This document shows, one piece after another, positions 8,432-16,608 of a stretch of DNA of 32,000 bases (position 1 is its first letter; each line of letters begins with the position of its first letter). The notes under the pieces were generated by a model. That model had not been told where the DNA came from. It saw only the letters and a list, made by a program, of their open reading frames with translations, and ran no database searches. The position numbers and the translations under genes are program-made. Source of the stretch: Lysinibacillus phage vB_LfM_LysYB2; sequence record OP628076.1; one strand, 5' to 3'.

Positions 8432-9505
8432 TTATTGCGCAGAAACCATAGTGTCAAAATATAGTTGGAACTTATCAGGGTTGGCCATCAAGTATTCAGT
8501 GGCTTCCGCACGGCGGTACTTCTTACCGTCTATGTCAAACCACCCTTTGCTTGTGCCAAAGATTCCAGCCTCAAATCCTCCATCCAACAGAGAGCCATAC
8601 GCATCCATGCCAGCATTCTCGTTTCGGAATAGGATATTGAACTTAGCAACTCCGAATGGAGGAGCGACTTTGTTCTTTTTGACAGTAGCTTCACATTGGA
8701 TTCCTTTGATTACATCGCCCTCTTTGTAGTTACCAACACGAGTAACCTGTAAACGTTGAGAAGCGTAGAATTTCAAAGCACGCCCACCGAATGTAGAAGT
8801 TTTATCACCATAGCTCACATTCATCTTATCACGAATTTGGTTGATACAGATAAAGATAACTTTGTGACTGGAGATAATCTTTGTAATCTTACGGAATGCT
8901 TGGGACATAATACGGGCGTGGATACCCATAACAGCGTCACCGTAATCACCTTCAACCTCAGACTTTGTAGGCGTAGCTGCTACAGAGTCCCATACGATTG
9001 TAACGACTCGGTCAGGCGCTTTCTCCTTAATCTTGAGCACAATCTCTTCTATATAGTCAAACAGATTTTCCATAGTCTCAGGTTGTGCATAGATAAGCTT
9101 CTTCAGGTTTACACCGATTGCTTCAGCTCGTCGCTTATCCAGAGCGTGTTCTGTATCTAGGAAAATAGCTGTTCCGCCAAGCTTCTGCGTTTCAGCAATA
9201 GCATGTAGAGCTACAGTTGTTTTACCATTAGACTCTGGGCCATAAATCTCAATTATTCGCCCTCCAGGGTATCCGCCACCAAGCTCTTTATCAAGCCAAG
9301 GGTTTCCTGATGGAAGCCAGAATGTTACCTGTCCTTTGTCTGTGTCGTCTAACAACATAGAAGACTCAGCAAACTTTTTATTCATATCTAACACCAACGC
9401 AGCTTCAAATTCATCCAGCTGTTCGTCAGTAGGTGGTGTTGGAGCTTTCTTTGTTGCAGGTTTTGTCTTTGTATCAGCTTTAATTGGTTTTCTCTCAGGT
9501 GCCAT
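8432..9505 (-). CDS. recA: RecA/UvsX-family recombinase
   Basis: 357 aa; Walker A GPESNGKTT, DTEHALD, IVWDSVAATPTKSE, INQIRDKMNVSYGDKTSTFGG. Confidence 0.95.
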   Translation of the reverse strand: MAPERKPIKADTKTKPATKKAPTPPTDEQLDEFEAALVLDMNKKFAESSMLLDDTDKGQVTFWLPSGNPWLDKELGGGYPGGRIIEIYGPESNGKTTVALHAIAETQKLGGTAIFLDTEHALDKRRAEAIGVNLKKLIYAQPETMENLFDYIEEIVLKIKEKAPDRVVTIVWDSVAATPTKSEVEGDYGDAVMGIHARIMSQAFRKITKIISSHKVIFICINQIRDKMNVSYGDKTSTFGGRALKFYASQRLQVTRVGNYKEGDVIKGIQCEATVKKNKVAPPFGVAKFNILFRNENAGMDAYGSLLDGGFEAGIFGTSKGWFDIDGKKYRRAEATEYLMANPDKFQLYFDTMVSAQ

Positions 9506-9562
9506 TGTTTATCCCTCCAAGGTTAAAATAGAAGGGTGACCGCTATGGCCACCCTTGCGGTA

Positions 9563-10372
9563 TTACTTGTTGTGCTTGTTCAACACCGCTGCAATTTCTT
9601 TCTCGATGTCGTCTTGCTCAGTATCTCCGCCAGCAACCTCTTCATTTTTAGGAGCGTCGCTGCTATTACCTGTGGAAGTGCTTGGATTGTCTTCTTTCTC
9701 GTCGCTATTACCAGACGGCTCTTTACCTTCCAGAATAGCTTCCATATCCTCGTCAGATTTTGGTTTAGTGAAGACTGTCAAGTCAATAGCTTTCTCGTCA
9801 AAGTCTTCAATTCCAACAGCAGTTTCTACAGGACGAGCTTGCGTGTTGTACTTAGTGTCTAAACCTTTACCCGACTTGTTAATGATTACATCACGTCCCT
9901 TTTCAGCGTTTGTGATGTCACCATAATCTGGCTCAACGATAATTCCTAAGATGTCAGTGAAAATCGTTGCTCCAGAACCAAACACAAGGATTTCACCATA
10001 GTCTTCTGTTCCTTCTTCAACAGAACGGTCAACCACGTTGAAATAGTAGCGTGAAGTTGCTCGCATACGCTTAGCAAGCTTCTCATCTTCCTTGTCCTTA
10101 GTTTTGTACAAAGCGTCAACAAAGTCACATACCGCACAAGTGCTTCTCGCTGTTTTACCACAAGTAACCATCTTTTTGTCTGGTCCAACGTTGTAGTGAA
10201 CACGAGCTTCAGCGTAGAAATCCTCAGAACCAGTTTTTGGTGGTAAAATACGGATGACATTTCGTCCATCTTTTGGAGACCAGAACTTGAAGTCACCGCC
10301 ACCGCCGTTTCCTTTCATACGCTCTTGCGTTTCCGCCAACTTTGCCTTCAGTTTGTCAATGTTTAATCCCAT
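9563..10372 (-). CDS. single-stranded DNA-binding protein (T4 gp32-like), acidic C-terminal tail
   Basis: FWSPKDGRNVIRILPP, zinc-like cluster CGKTARSTCAVCDF, acidic tail ASEEKED...EQDDIEKEI. GAGGAG RBS supports ATG at 10372. Confidence 0.85.
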   Translation of the reverse strand: MGLNIDKLKAKLAETQERMKGNGGGGDFKFWSPKDGRNVIRILPPKTGSEDFYAEARVHYNVGPDKKMVTCGKTARSTCAVCDFVDALYKTKDKEDEKLAKRMRATSRYYFNVVDRSVEEGTEDYGEILVFGSGATIFTDILGIIVEPDYGDITNAEKGRDVIINKSGKGLDTKYNTQARPVETAVGIEDFDEKAIDLTVFTKPKSDEDMEAILEGKEPSGNSDEKEDNPSTSTGNSSDAPKNEEVAGGDTEQDDIEKEIAAVLNKHNK

Positions 10373-10550
10373 CTTGTACACTCTCCTCACAGGTTGTTTT
10401 TACAGGTTGAGTTTCCTCAAACAGCTTACGTCACAGAGTGTCCTGTGACGTGAGGACTGACTAATGTTTAGAGGTGATGTTCTTGGAAAGGGGGTCAAAA
10501 ACTATCACATTAGTCAGCCGTCACGCCACAAGACGAAAACTCTGAATCTG

Positions 10551-11066
10551 TTACTTGTTTGTGATAGTCCTCGCCTTGTCTTGCATTCCTTTCAGACTAA
10601 TGTCTGCGTTGTTTTCTTCTTTTCTCAGGTTAGCCCCTAAATTGATAAGAGCTTCCAATCTCTGGTCAAAGGCTTTCACAACCTTATCCAAAGTAGCAGC
10701 GTTCTTTTTCGCTAGATTGTAGGTGTTCAAAGCGCTTATATACTCCTTGTCAAGCTTTATTTTCTGCTTTACAAGAGCTTCTGTGATTTTGATGCCGTCT
10801 AACTCTAGCTTCAATCGAACATTGTAGTCAGCCTGCGCTTCCGCCTTGTCTAGCTCGGTTTCTGCGTGGTCTCGCTGATGTTTCGCCTGTTCCGCCACAG
10901 CTGCCCACCAAGCAAATTTTCCAGGTTGTTCTATAACGTCTTCATTCAGAGTAGCCTTGCTGATTGCTAATTCATCTTTTATGTTGAACTCCCTTGTATC
11001 GCCGTTGCGAAGCTTCAAGGTGATGTTCAACAAGTTGAATGAATCCATCTCAACTTCAATGCTCAA
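10551..11066 (-). CDS. candidate recombination mediator (UvsY-like)
   Basis: AGGAGG GAACAGTGG TTG supports start at 11066; helical KFAWWAAVAEQAKHQRDHAETELDKAEAQADYNVR; next to SSB and RecA genes. Confidence 0.55.
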   Translation of the reverse strand: MSIEVEMDSFNLLNITLKLRNGDTREFNIKDELAISKATLNEDVIEQPGKFAWWAAVAEQAKHQRDHAETELDKAEAQADYNVRLKLELDGIKITEALVKQKIKLDKEYISALNTYNLAKKNAATLDKVVKAFDQRLEALINLGANLRKEENNADISLKGMQDKARTITNK

Positions 11067-11098
11067 CCACTGTTCCCTCCTTTCGTTCGTTATGCTAT

Positions 11099-11129
11099 AA
11101 ATAAAGCTGTTCTGACAAATTTTTCTCCC
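11099..11129 (-). promoter_or_regulatory. SPO1-like middle promoter
   Basis: Minus strand GGGAGA-N18-TTTATTT. Confidence 0.78.
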
Positions 11130-11148
11130 GATTTTATGCAATAAAAAA

Positions 11149-11174
11149 GGAGCACCACTGTAAAGTGGCACCCC
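11149..11174 (-). terminator. intrinsic terminator
   Basis: GGGGTGCCACT-ttac-AGTGGTGCTCC then TTTTTT on minus strand. Confidence 0.75.
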
Positions 11175-11217
11175 TTGATTTCTATGTATTTCTTATGTAA
11201 TTTGAACAAATAAAAAA

Positions 11218-11235
11218 GACGGCTTTGCAGCCGTC
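11218..11235 (-). terminator. intrinsic terminator
   Basis: GACGGCT-gcaa-AGCCGTC then TTTTTT on minus strand. Confidence 0.8.
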
Positions 11236-11296
11236 GATTGGGAAATACTACCGAACCCATGTAATGAGAGGTCTCTGATGTACTTCTATAGATGTA

Positions 11297-11476
11297 TTAG
11301 TCAACTAATTTTATTGGTTGGTTAGATACTATTTTGAATCCTCTTGCTTTCCAAGCGTCAACGAACTCTTCTGTACATTTAATTTCTATACCGTTGGAAT
11401 CATTCTTCATGACATAACCCATTCTCTCCTTCTTTAGGTTTTCAATGAAGTTCTTTCCTTTCTTCTTGTTTCGCAT
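11297..11476 (-). CDS. 59 aa small protein, paralogue of 11849..12028
   Basis: Below the ORF-track cutoff. Reads MRNKKKGKNFIENLKKERMGYVMKNDSNGIEIKCTEEFVDAWKARGFKIVSNQPIKLVD*; AAGGCGG RBS. Confidence 0.75.
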   Translation of the reverse strand: MRNKKKGKNFIENLKKERMGYVMKNDSNGIEIKCTEEFVDAWKARGFKIVSNQPIKLVD

Positions 11477-11616
11477 AACAGTTCCGCCTTTACTATATAG
11501 TCATTGTTCATATTATCTGCGAGTATTATTAAATATTGTATAGCATACTCTATTATGAATGTACTGTTCGTACACTACCTATAATAACTGATAACAAGCG
11601 TCATTTCAAGCACAAA

Positions 11617-11787
11617 CTCTTAAATATTTCTAAATTTTTCTATTTTATTCTAAATTTTTCTAAATACTTGTTGTAAATGTTGTATATACACAATAAGTTG
11701 TAATGAAGGTAAAATACCCCTCTTTTACTAAATAGCTCTTAAAACCCTCTTAAACATTAATTTAAGCGCTCTTAAACTTCTCTTAAA
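11617..11787. repeat. AT-rich intergenic region with short direct repeats (iteron-like)
   Basis: Five CTCTTAAA copies (11617, 11736, 11747, 11769, 11780) and three TTCTAAAT copies (11628, 11648, 11658); no ORF. Confidence 0.6.
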
Positions 11788-11822
11788 CAACGATTAAAAG
11801 AAACATACTTGAATAGAAAAAT

Positions 11823-11842
11823 GGGGAACTTTTCAGCTCCCC
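11823..11842 (-). terminator. intrinsic terminator
   Basis: GGGGAGCT-gaaa-AGTTCCCC then ATTTTTC on minus strand. Confidence 0.7.
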
Positions 11843-11848
11843 TAGTCA

Positions 11849-12124
11849 TCAATTATTCGTAATAAGAGTAACAGGCTTTTGTTCGACAACTCTAAATCCG
11901 CGAGCAATCCAAGCATTGACAAATTTAGGAGTACAACTCACAGTGACTCCATTGGAATCATTTGTCATAATGTACCCATCCACTTTCTTACGTTGCAACT
12001 TCTCGATTTCCTTCATATAGGTAGGCATTAACATTCCTCCAAGGTGTCCTATTTGAGTAATGTACTCAAAAATATTATATACCTTGAACCCACTAATTAT
12101 ACCTAAAAATTTGATTTTGGTCAT
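11849..12124 (-). CDS. small protein, paralogue of 11297..11476; probable alternative start at 12028
   Basis: RBS GGAGG-AATGTTA-ATG at 12028 gives 59 aa MPTYMKEIEKLQRKKVDGYIMTNDSNGVTVSCTPKFVNAWIARGFRVVEQKPVTLITNN; a second RBS precedes ATG at 12124. Confidence 0.7.
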   Translation of the reverse strand: MTKIKFLGIISGFKVYNIFEYITQIGHLGGMLMPTYMKEIEKLQRKKVDGYIMTNDSNGVTVSCTPKFVNAWIARGFRVVEQKPVTLITNN

Positions 12125-12136
12125 AACAATTCTCTC

Positions 12137-14812
12137 CTATGCCGATTTCTGCGCCTTTTTCAAGGCTTTTTGGTGTTTCTCTTCCACTTCTCTATCTATG
12201 AATTCAAACACGCCCTCTTCCAGTACAGCGTCAATATCGTCAATACCAACCAACGTACCATAGTCACGTCCAATCTCGGCATCAGAGATAATAGGAACAG
12301 TAATCCAATCAAATGGAAGGTTCTCCATAATACCTTTCATTATTGTGTAAACTTGTTTTATTTCAGTGATATGAGTATCCGCAACTATGGAGTCGTGCAC
12401 TGTAATAGCAATTTTTGATTTCAAGTTTTGTTTCTTAAATTCATCGTTAATAAGGATAATGGACATCATGGTCATATTCGCGCCACTACCTTGGATTGGG
12501 CTGTTTACGCCTTGACGTTGAGCATCTGCTTGAACCCCTCTGTCATTTGAGTCAACACCAGGTAGTCGTCGCCATAACCCTGTGAGCGTTTCAACGTGTT
12601 TCTCTTGTTTAAGTTTTTTACGAGTATCGTCAAGCCACTTCTTAACCCCTTTGAACTCTTCGAAGTATTTATCAATGAAGTCCTGTGCTTCCTCAAGAGT
12701 CATCTTCATATCTTCAGCCAGGGAACGCGCACCCTTACCATACAAAAGACCGAAGTTTACAGCTTTCGCTGCTGTACGCATATCATCAGTTACATCTTCC
12801 TCTGGAATCCCTCGTACTTTTGCCGCAGCGTATATATGAAGGTCTTTCCCGTCACGATAAGCTTGTAACAGTTGAGGGTCATTCGAGAACATGGCAGCAA
12901 CACGTAACTCTAATTGTGAGTAGTCAAACTGCATTATTACACCATCATCGCCAAAGCGACTCACAAACAACTTCTTAACTCCATATTTATAGTTGAATGC
13001 AAATGGGTCGTTGGACTTCCTCGGGAAGTTTTGTGCGTTAGGGGCTTCCGATGACAGACGCGTTGTTACAGTTCCCGTTAGGTTGAATGTAGGGTGTACC
13101 AGTCCGTCTTCGCCTATCCAAGTATTAGCTGGTGCGATGTATGTTCCGTACAGTTTATCAAGCTTTCTCCACTCAGACAACAAACTTGCTATTGGATGTT
13201 TGTCCTCTAGGTATTCCAGCGTTTCACTGCCTGTTGACATTTCATCAATAGTGATTTCCTGTCTCTTTCGTCGCTTCTCATCGCCCTTATCGGTCAAGAA
13301 TGGAGTGGTCAGTCCTAGTCGTTCGAATAAGAGTTCTCTTAACTGTACTACAGAGCCAAAGTTGAATTTGAAGTTCTTGTACTTGTTCCACTTTAATATT
13401 TCAGGGTCGCGCTCCGCTTTCGGCTTCTTCATTTCCAGCTGTCTCGTCTCAAACATTTTAAGCTTCTCTCGCTCAATTTGAATGACTTCTGGGTATTGTC
13501 TCAGTTTATCCTCTATCTCTTTAATACGCTCAGGGAAAACAGTGTCAAATTCAGCAAGACGTTCCTCGCTTAGTTTAATACCGTTCATCTCAATGTCTCG
13601 CAGAGCATAAGAGCCTAGAATGAATAATTTGTCATACGCTTCTTTCCACTTTGGATTCGCCTCAATCATAGGCTTAAACACAGGAATCAAACGCATTGTA
13701 CAGTCAACATCGGCTGCAGCGTACTCTCGAAGGATTTTCCAAGGAATATTATCATAGTTGTGTCGGATAGCTTCAGGAAGCGTTGCTTTATACTCGTCAA
13801 GAGCGTTGTCATATCCGCCCATATCCGTATGTTCCCAAGCAAGTTCTTTCAGTCCGTGTCCACCACGTTCTTCTGTTACGGCTACATAGTGTGCTAACAT
13901 AGGGTCAAAAGCGAAGTTTGATACATCAATTCCGTACTTAGCTAACAACCACTTCATATCGAACTTACCGTTATGGGCTACTTTCTTGATGCGTTTATTA
14001 TGTTCTAGCAATCGTTTTAACAGCCCTTTAATCTTATCCAGTATAATACCTGGCCAGACAAACTCTTTATGCTCTAATGGAATCGTAACACCGTAGTGAT
14101 GTTTATCTGTTAAGGATATACATACAATTTTCTGGTTCGGTAAGAACGGGTTCAGGGAAGTGGTCTCCAAGTCGAATACGAGCCATTCAGCTTCTTCTTC
14201 TAGTCGGTTCACTTCTTCCTCTATTTCTTCATACGTTTCAAGATAGCGATAATCTACATCACTACGTTCCAGGAAGCCCTTCCCAGAGTCTAGCAAGATA
14301 GCTAGGTTCTGTATGTCCTTCGCAAAGTTCTCGGCGTGTTTCGGTTGTCTGAATATAATATCTGGATGAAGGATTGGAAATACAATCCTCCCATTCTTAT
14401 CCTCAACAGCCTTTCCTCTGAATTTTGTTATCCCTGTTTTACCATACACTTTCTTCAAAGCAACGTTTCCCAAAGGAACTATAATTTCAGGGTCGATAAC
14501 CTCAATTTCCGCATCCAAGTATGGAGAACAGTTCTCAATTTCGTCTTTCAATGGTTGTCGTTGCCCTTTTCCATCATCGGGAGTAGGACACTTCACAGCG
14601 CCTGTGAAATAACAGTCTTCAAGGTTTATCCCCACTTGTTCTAACACATTCTTAAACAGGTTTCCAGCCTTGCCAACCATCCACTTTCTCTGTTTATCCT
14701 CGAAGTCAGTTGGATTATCTGCCACAAACATGATTCTAGCTGCTTTCTTTCCAGTTCCCATAAGAAGACTCTTGCGACAATGTTGGGATATTTCACATAG
14801 TTTACAATCCAT
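12137..14812 (-). CDS. family A DNA polymerase with 3'-5' exonuclease and N-terminal UDG-like domain
   Basis: 891 aa; N-term MDCKLCEISQHCRK...VADNPTDFEDKQRKWMVGKAG..C..L..HPDIIFRQP (UDG family-4-like); LVFDLETTSLNP exo; polymerase motifs MQFDYSQLELRVAA, RRAAKAVNFGLLYG-like (MRTAAKAVNFGLLYG), ITVHDSIV. Confidence 0.95.
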   Translation of the reverse strand: MDCKLCEISQHCRKSLLMGTGKKAARIMFVADNPTDFEDKQRKWMVGKAGNLFKNVLEQVGINLEDCYFTGAVKCPTPDDGKGQRQPLKDEIENCSPYLDAEIEVIDPEIIVPLGNVALKKVYGKTGITKFRGKAVEDKNGRIVFPILHPDIIFRQPKHAENFAKDIQNLAILLDSGKGFLERSDVDYRYLETYEEIEEEVNRLEEEAEWLVFDLETTSLNPFLPNQKIVCISLTDKHHYGVTIPLEHKEFVWPGIILDKIKGLLKRLLEHNKRIKKVAHNGKFDMKWLLAKYGIDVSNFAFDPMLAHYVAVTEERGGHGLKELAWEHTDMGGYDNALDEYKATLPEAIRHNYDNIPWKILREYAAADVDCTMRLIPVFKPMIEANPKWKEAYDKLFILGSYALRDIEMNGIKLSEERLAEFDTVFPERIKEIEDKLRQYPEVIQIEREKLKMFETRQLEMKKPKAERDPEILKWNKYKNFKFNFGSVVQLRELLFERLGLTTPFLTDKGDEKRRKRQEITIDEMSTGSETLEYLEDKHPIASLLSEWRKLDKLYGTYIAPANTWIGEDGLVHPTFNLTGTVTTRLSSEAPNAQNFPRKSNDPFAFNYKYGVKKLFVSRFGDDGVIMQFDYSQLELRVAAMFSNDPQLLQAYRDGKDLHIYAAAKVRGIPEEDVTDDMRTAAKAVNFGLLYGKGARSLAEDMKMTLEEAQDFIDKYFEEFKGVKKWLDDTRKKLKQEKHVETLTGLWRRLPGVDSNDRGVQADAQRQGVNSPIQGSGANMTMMSIILINDEFKKQNLKSKIAITVHDSIVADTHITEIKQVYTIMKGIMENLPFDWITVPIISDAEIGRDYGTLVGIDDIDAVLEEGVFEFIDREVEEKHQKALKKAQKSA

Positions 14813-14832
14813 TGTATCCCCTCCTATGTCTT

Positions 14833-14863
14833 AAATAAAGGGAATATATCAAAATTTACTCTA
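14833..14863 (-). promoter_or_regulatory. candidate SPO1-like middle promoter
   Basis: Minus strand TAGAGT-N18-TTTATTT with AAATTTT after the -35, upstream of polymerase gene. Confidence 0.6.
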
Positions 14864-14903
14864 ATATTTTTCACGATATATGTATACATTCAGAGAACGG
14901 AAA

Positions 14904-14941
14904 AACAGAGCAGTTGGGTGGGCAATCCCATCTGCTCTGTT
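14904..14941 (-). terminator. intrinsic terminator
   Basis: AACAGAGCAG...CTGCTCTGTT 10 bp stem, then T-rich on minus strand. Confidence 0.75.
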
Positions 14942-15026
14942 CAAATTTTATATTTTTAATTGGGCGTTAAAAAGGCAATTCATAGGCATTTTACCTGTGC
15001 TAACGGGGAATGTAGCACGTAATGAG

Positions 15027-15350
15027 TTATTCGTCTTCTTTCTTTTCTTTGATATACTTTGTGATGTCCAATGGCTCAACTGCTGCTTTTAGCTTCTTTC
15101 CAGCTTTAGTGCTTACGCTCATTTTAGGTGCGATTTCAAGGTCTTCGCCTGTCTGCGGATTATGTCCTTTGCGGGCTGCGCGAGCTACTGGCTCGATAGT
15201 GTAATATCCAACAAGTTGTACTTTGTCTCCAGCTTTCAGAGTATCCTCGATAGCGTCCAGGTGAAGCTCCACTGCAATTGTAGCTTGCTTCTTGTTAAGC
15301 TCACCCTTACTGTTTGCCACCAGGTAGTCAATCATGTCTGTTTTGTTCAT
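15027..15350 (-). CDS. HU-family DNA-binding protein, SPO1 TF1-like
   Basis: 107 aa; KAGDKVQLVGYYTIEPVARAARKGHNPQTGEDLEIAPKMSVSTKAGKKLK, very close to the recalled TF1 sequence around KPVARQARKGFNPQTQEALEIAPS. Confidence 0.93.
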   Translation of the reverse strand: MNKTDMIDYLVANSKGELNKKQATIAVELHLDAIEDTLKAGDKVQLVGYYTIEPVARAARKGHNPQTGEDLEIAPKMSVSTKAGKKLKAAVEPLDITKYIKEKKEDE

Positions 15351-15412
15351 TTTAATTTCCTCCAGTCAATTTTTGGTGTTGTCTCAGAAGACTCTCAGTG
15401 AGCTTCTGAACT

Positions 15413-15443
15413 AAATAAAGCGCGTAATCGTAAATATTCTCTG
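15413..15443 (-). promoter_or_regulatory. candidate SPO1-like middle promoter
   Basis: Minus strand CAGAGA-N18-TTTATTT upstream of HU gene. Confidence 0.6.
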
Positions 15444-15459
15444 GCACATTCATAAATTT

Positions 15460-15879
15460 TTAAATGCTTGCCATCCACTGCGTGAACTCCTCTGGGCTTT
15501 CACGTAGAATGTAAGTGAGCCACAGCACAGAATAAACTCCTTCATCAGCTACTGTGTCCGCTTTGCTTTCTCCTACTTCATCTTTCTTCCCATCAATAAT
15601 CATGTTTTCTAGACGGTCAAACTTTCTTGCCATATTCATGAACACGCCAACTTCTTTTCGTTTTTCCCAGCTATTTCCGTATGTTCCTTCTTTAGCATAC
15701 TGTATCTTGGCCATAAAAACAAACACAAAAACAAATAAAACGTTGTCCCGTCTAAATTCCATATCTTCAGAGAAGTACGGCATGGAAGAATACAACTTGT
15801 AAAAGTCCTCAAAACCTTCATCGCTAATAGTAGTATACCGATTCAAGCATTCCTTTATTCGTTCTTTCAAACTCATCAT
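15460..15879 (-). CDS. DUF1599 / nucleotide-modification-associated (Nmad1-like) domain protein
   Basis: YGNSWEKRKEVGVFMNMARKFDRLENM...GESKADTVADEGVYSVLWLTYI; GGAGG-TTATT-ATG. Confidence 0.6.
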   Translation of the reverse strand: MMSLKERIKECLNRYTTISDEGFEDFYKLYSSMPYFSEDMEFRRDNVLFVFVFVFMAKIQYAKEGTYGNSWEKRKEVGVFMNMARKFDRLENMIIDGKKDEVGESKADTVADEGVYSVLWLTYILRESPEEFTQWMASI

Positions 15880-15951
15880 AATAACCTCCAAGATTGATTT
15901 ATATTGCGTAGTCCTTGTTTGGTTATTGTTTCATGTTATCTAGGTTGCTTG

Positions 15952-16365
15952 TTAAATTCTTGATGTCGCAATACTTTGTATCAGGTACTCAAGTTGCGCT
16001 TCAAACTTCTTCCAGTCAATAACGCAACCTAAATTTCTATCATCAATATAGATGTCAGCTCCAAGCTTACGAGAAATAATTTCATATTTCTCATACATCT
16101 CGGGCAATTGGTCGTTCACAGCGTCGAACAGGTGAAGCATGTCATTAGCTTCTAAGAAGGCAAGAGCGTTATCGAAAGCCGTACCTGTTCGACAAGTCCA
16201 AAGTACCAGGCGCACTCCAGCATATTTCCATTTCTCCAGAACACGTTTACACTCTGGTTGTAAAGTCATAGTGTCCGCCATATCTGGTTGTTGAGTTATT
16301 GTGCCGTCAAAGTCCACTCCAATGATAAGTTGTCCTTCTAAAAATGGCTTTCCGCTTAGTTTCAT
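15952..16365 (-). CDS. HAD-superfamily hydrolase/phosphatase
   Basis: 137 aa; IIGVDFDGTIT, LVLWTCRTG, IYIDDRNLG. Confidence 0.85.
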   Translation of the reverse strand: MKLSGKPFLEGQLIIGVDFDGTITQQPDMADTMTLQPECKRVLEKWKYAGVRLVLWTCRTGTAFDNALAFLEANDMLHLFDAVNDQLPEMYEKYEIISRKLGADIYIDDRNLGCVIDWKKFEAQLEYLIQSIATSRI

Positions 16366-16389
16366 ACAGGTTTCCTCCAGGTTTTAGTT

Positions 16390-16608
16390 TCAGTGTTTGT
16401 TTACAGTGTTTGTTACGGATGACAAGTAAAGATACAGAATAACTAACTGTGAGAAGAAGTGACCAAAAGTTGCTAGCATAGAGACTACCATAGCAACCGT
16501 TAACCCAATAAAGTACCAAGACAACGCTTTGTCAGACTTCTTATCAGACCAAAGGACTTTCTTCAGCTTATTATAAGCTTTTACAACTTCACTTTTAGTT
16601 GGAAACAA
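16390..16608 (-). CDS. small membrane protein, unknown
   Basis: 72 aa; TTG start after GAGGGGGTG; hydrophobic ALSWYFIGLTVAMVVSMLATFGHFFSQLVILYLYL. Confidence 0.65.
   Translation of the reverse strand: MFPTKSEVVKAYNKLKKVLWSDKKSDKALSWYFIGLTVAMVVSMLATFGHFFSQLVILYLYLSSVTNTVNKH

Noticed and set aside
9530-9556. AAGGGTGaCC...GGcCACCCTT inverted repeat after the SSB gene
   Set aside because: Hairpin is plausible but imperfect and lacks a clear U tract, so I did not call it a terminator.
12505-12696. Minus ORF of 63 aa inside the polymerase gene
   Set aside because: Nested within conserved polymerase motifs; no independent support.
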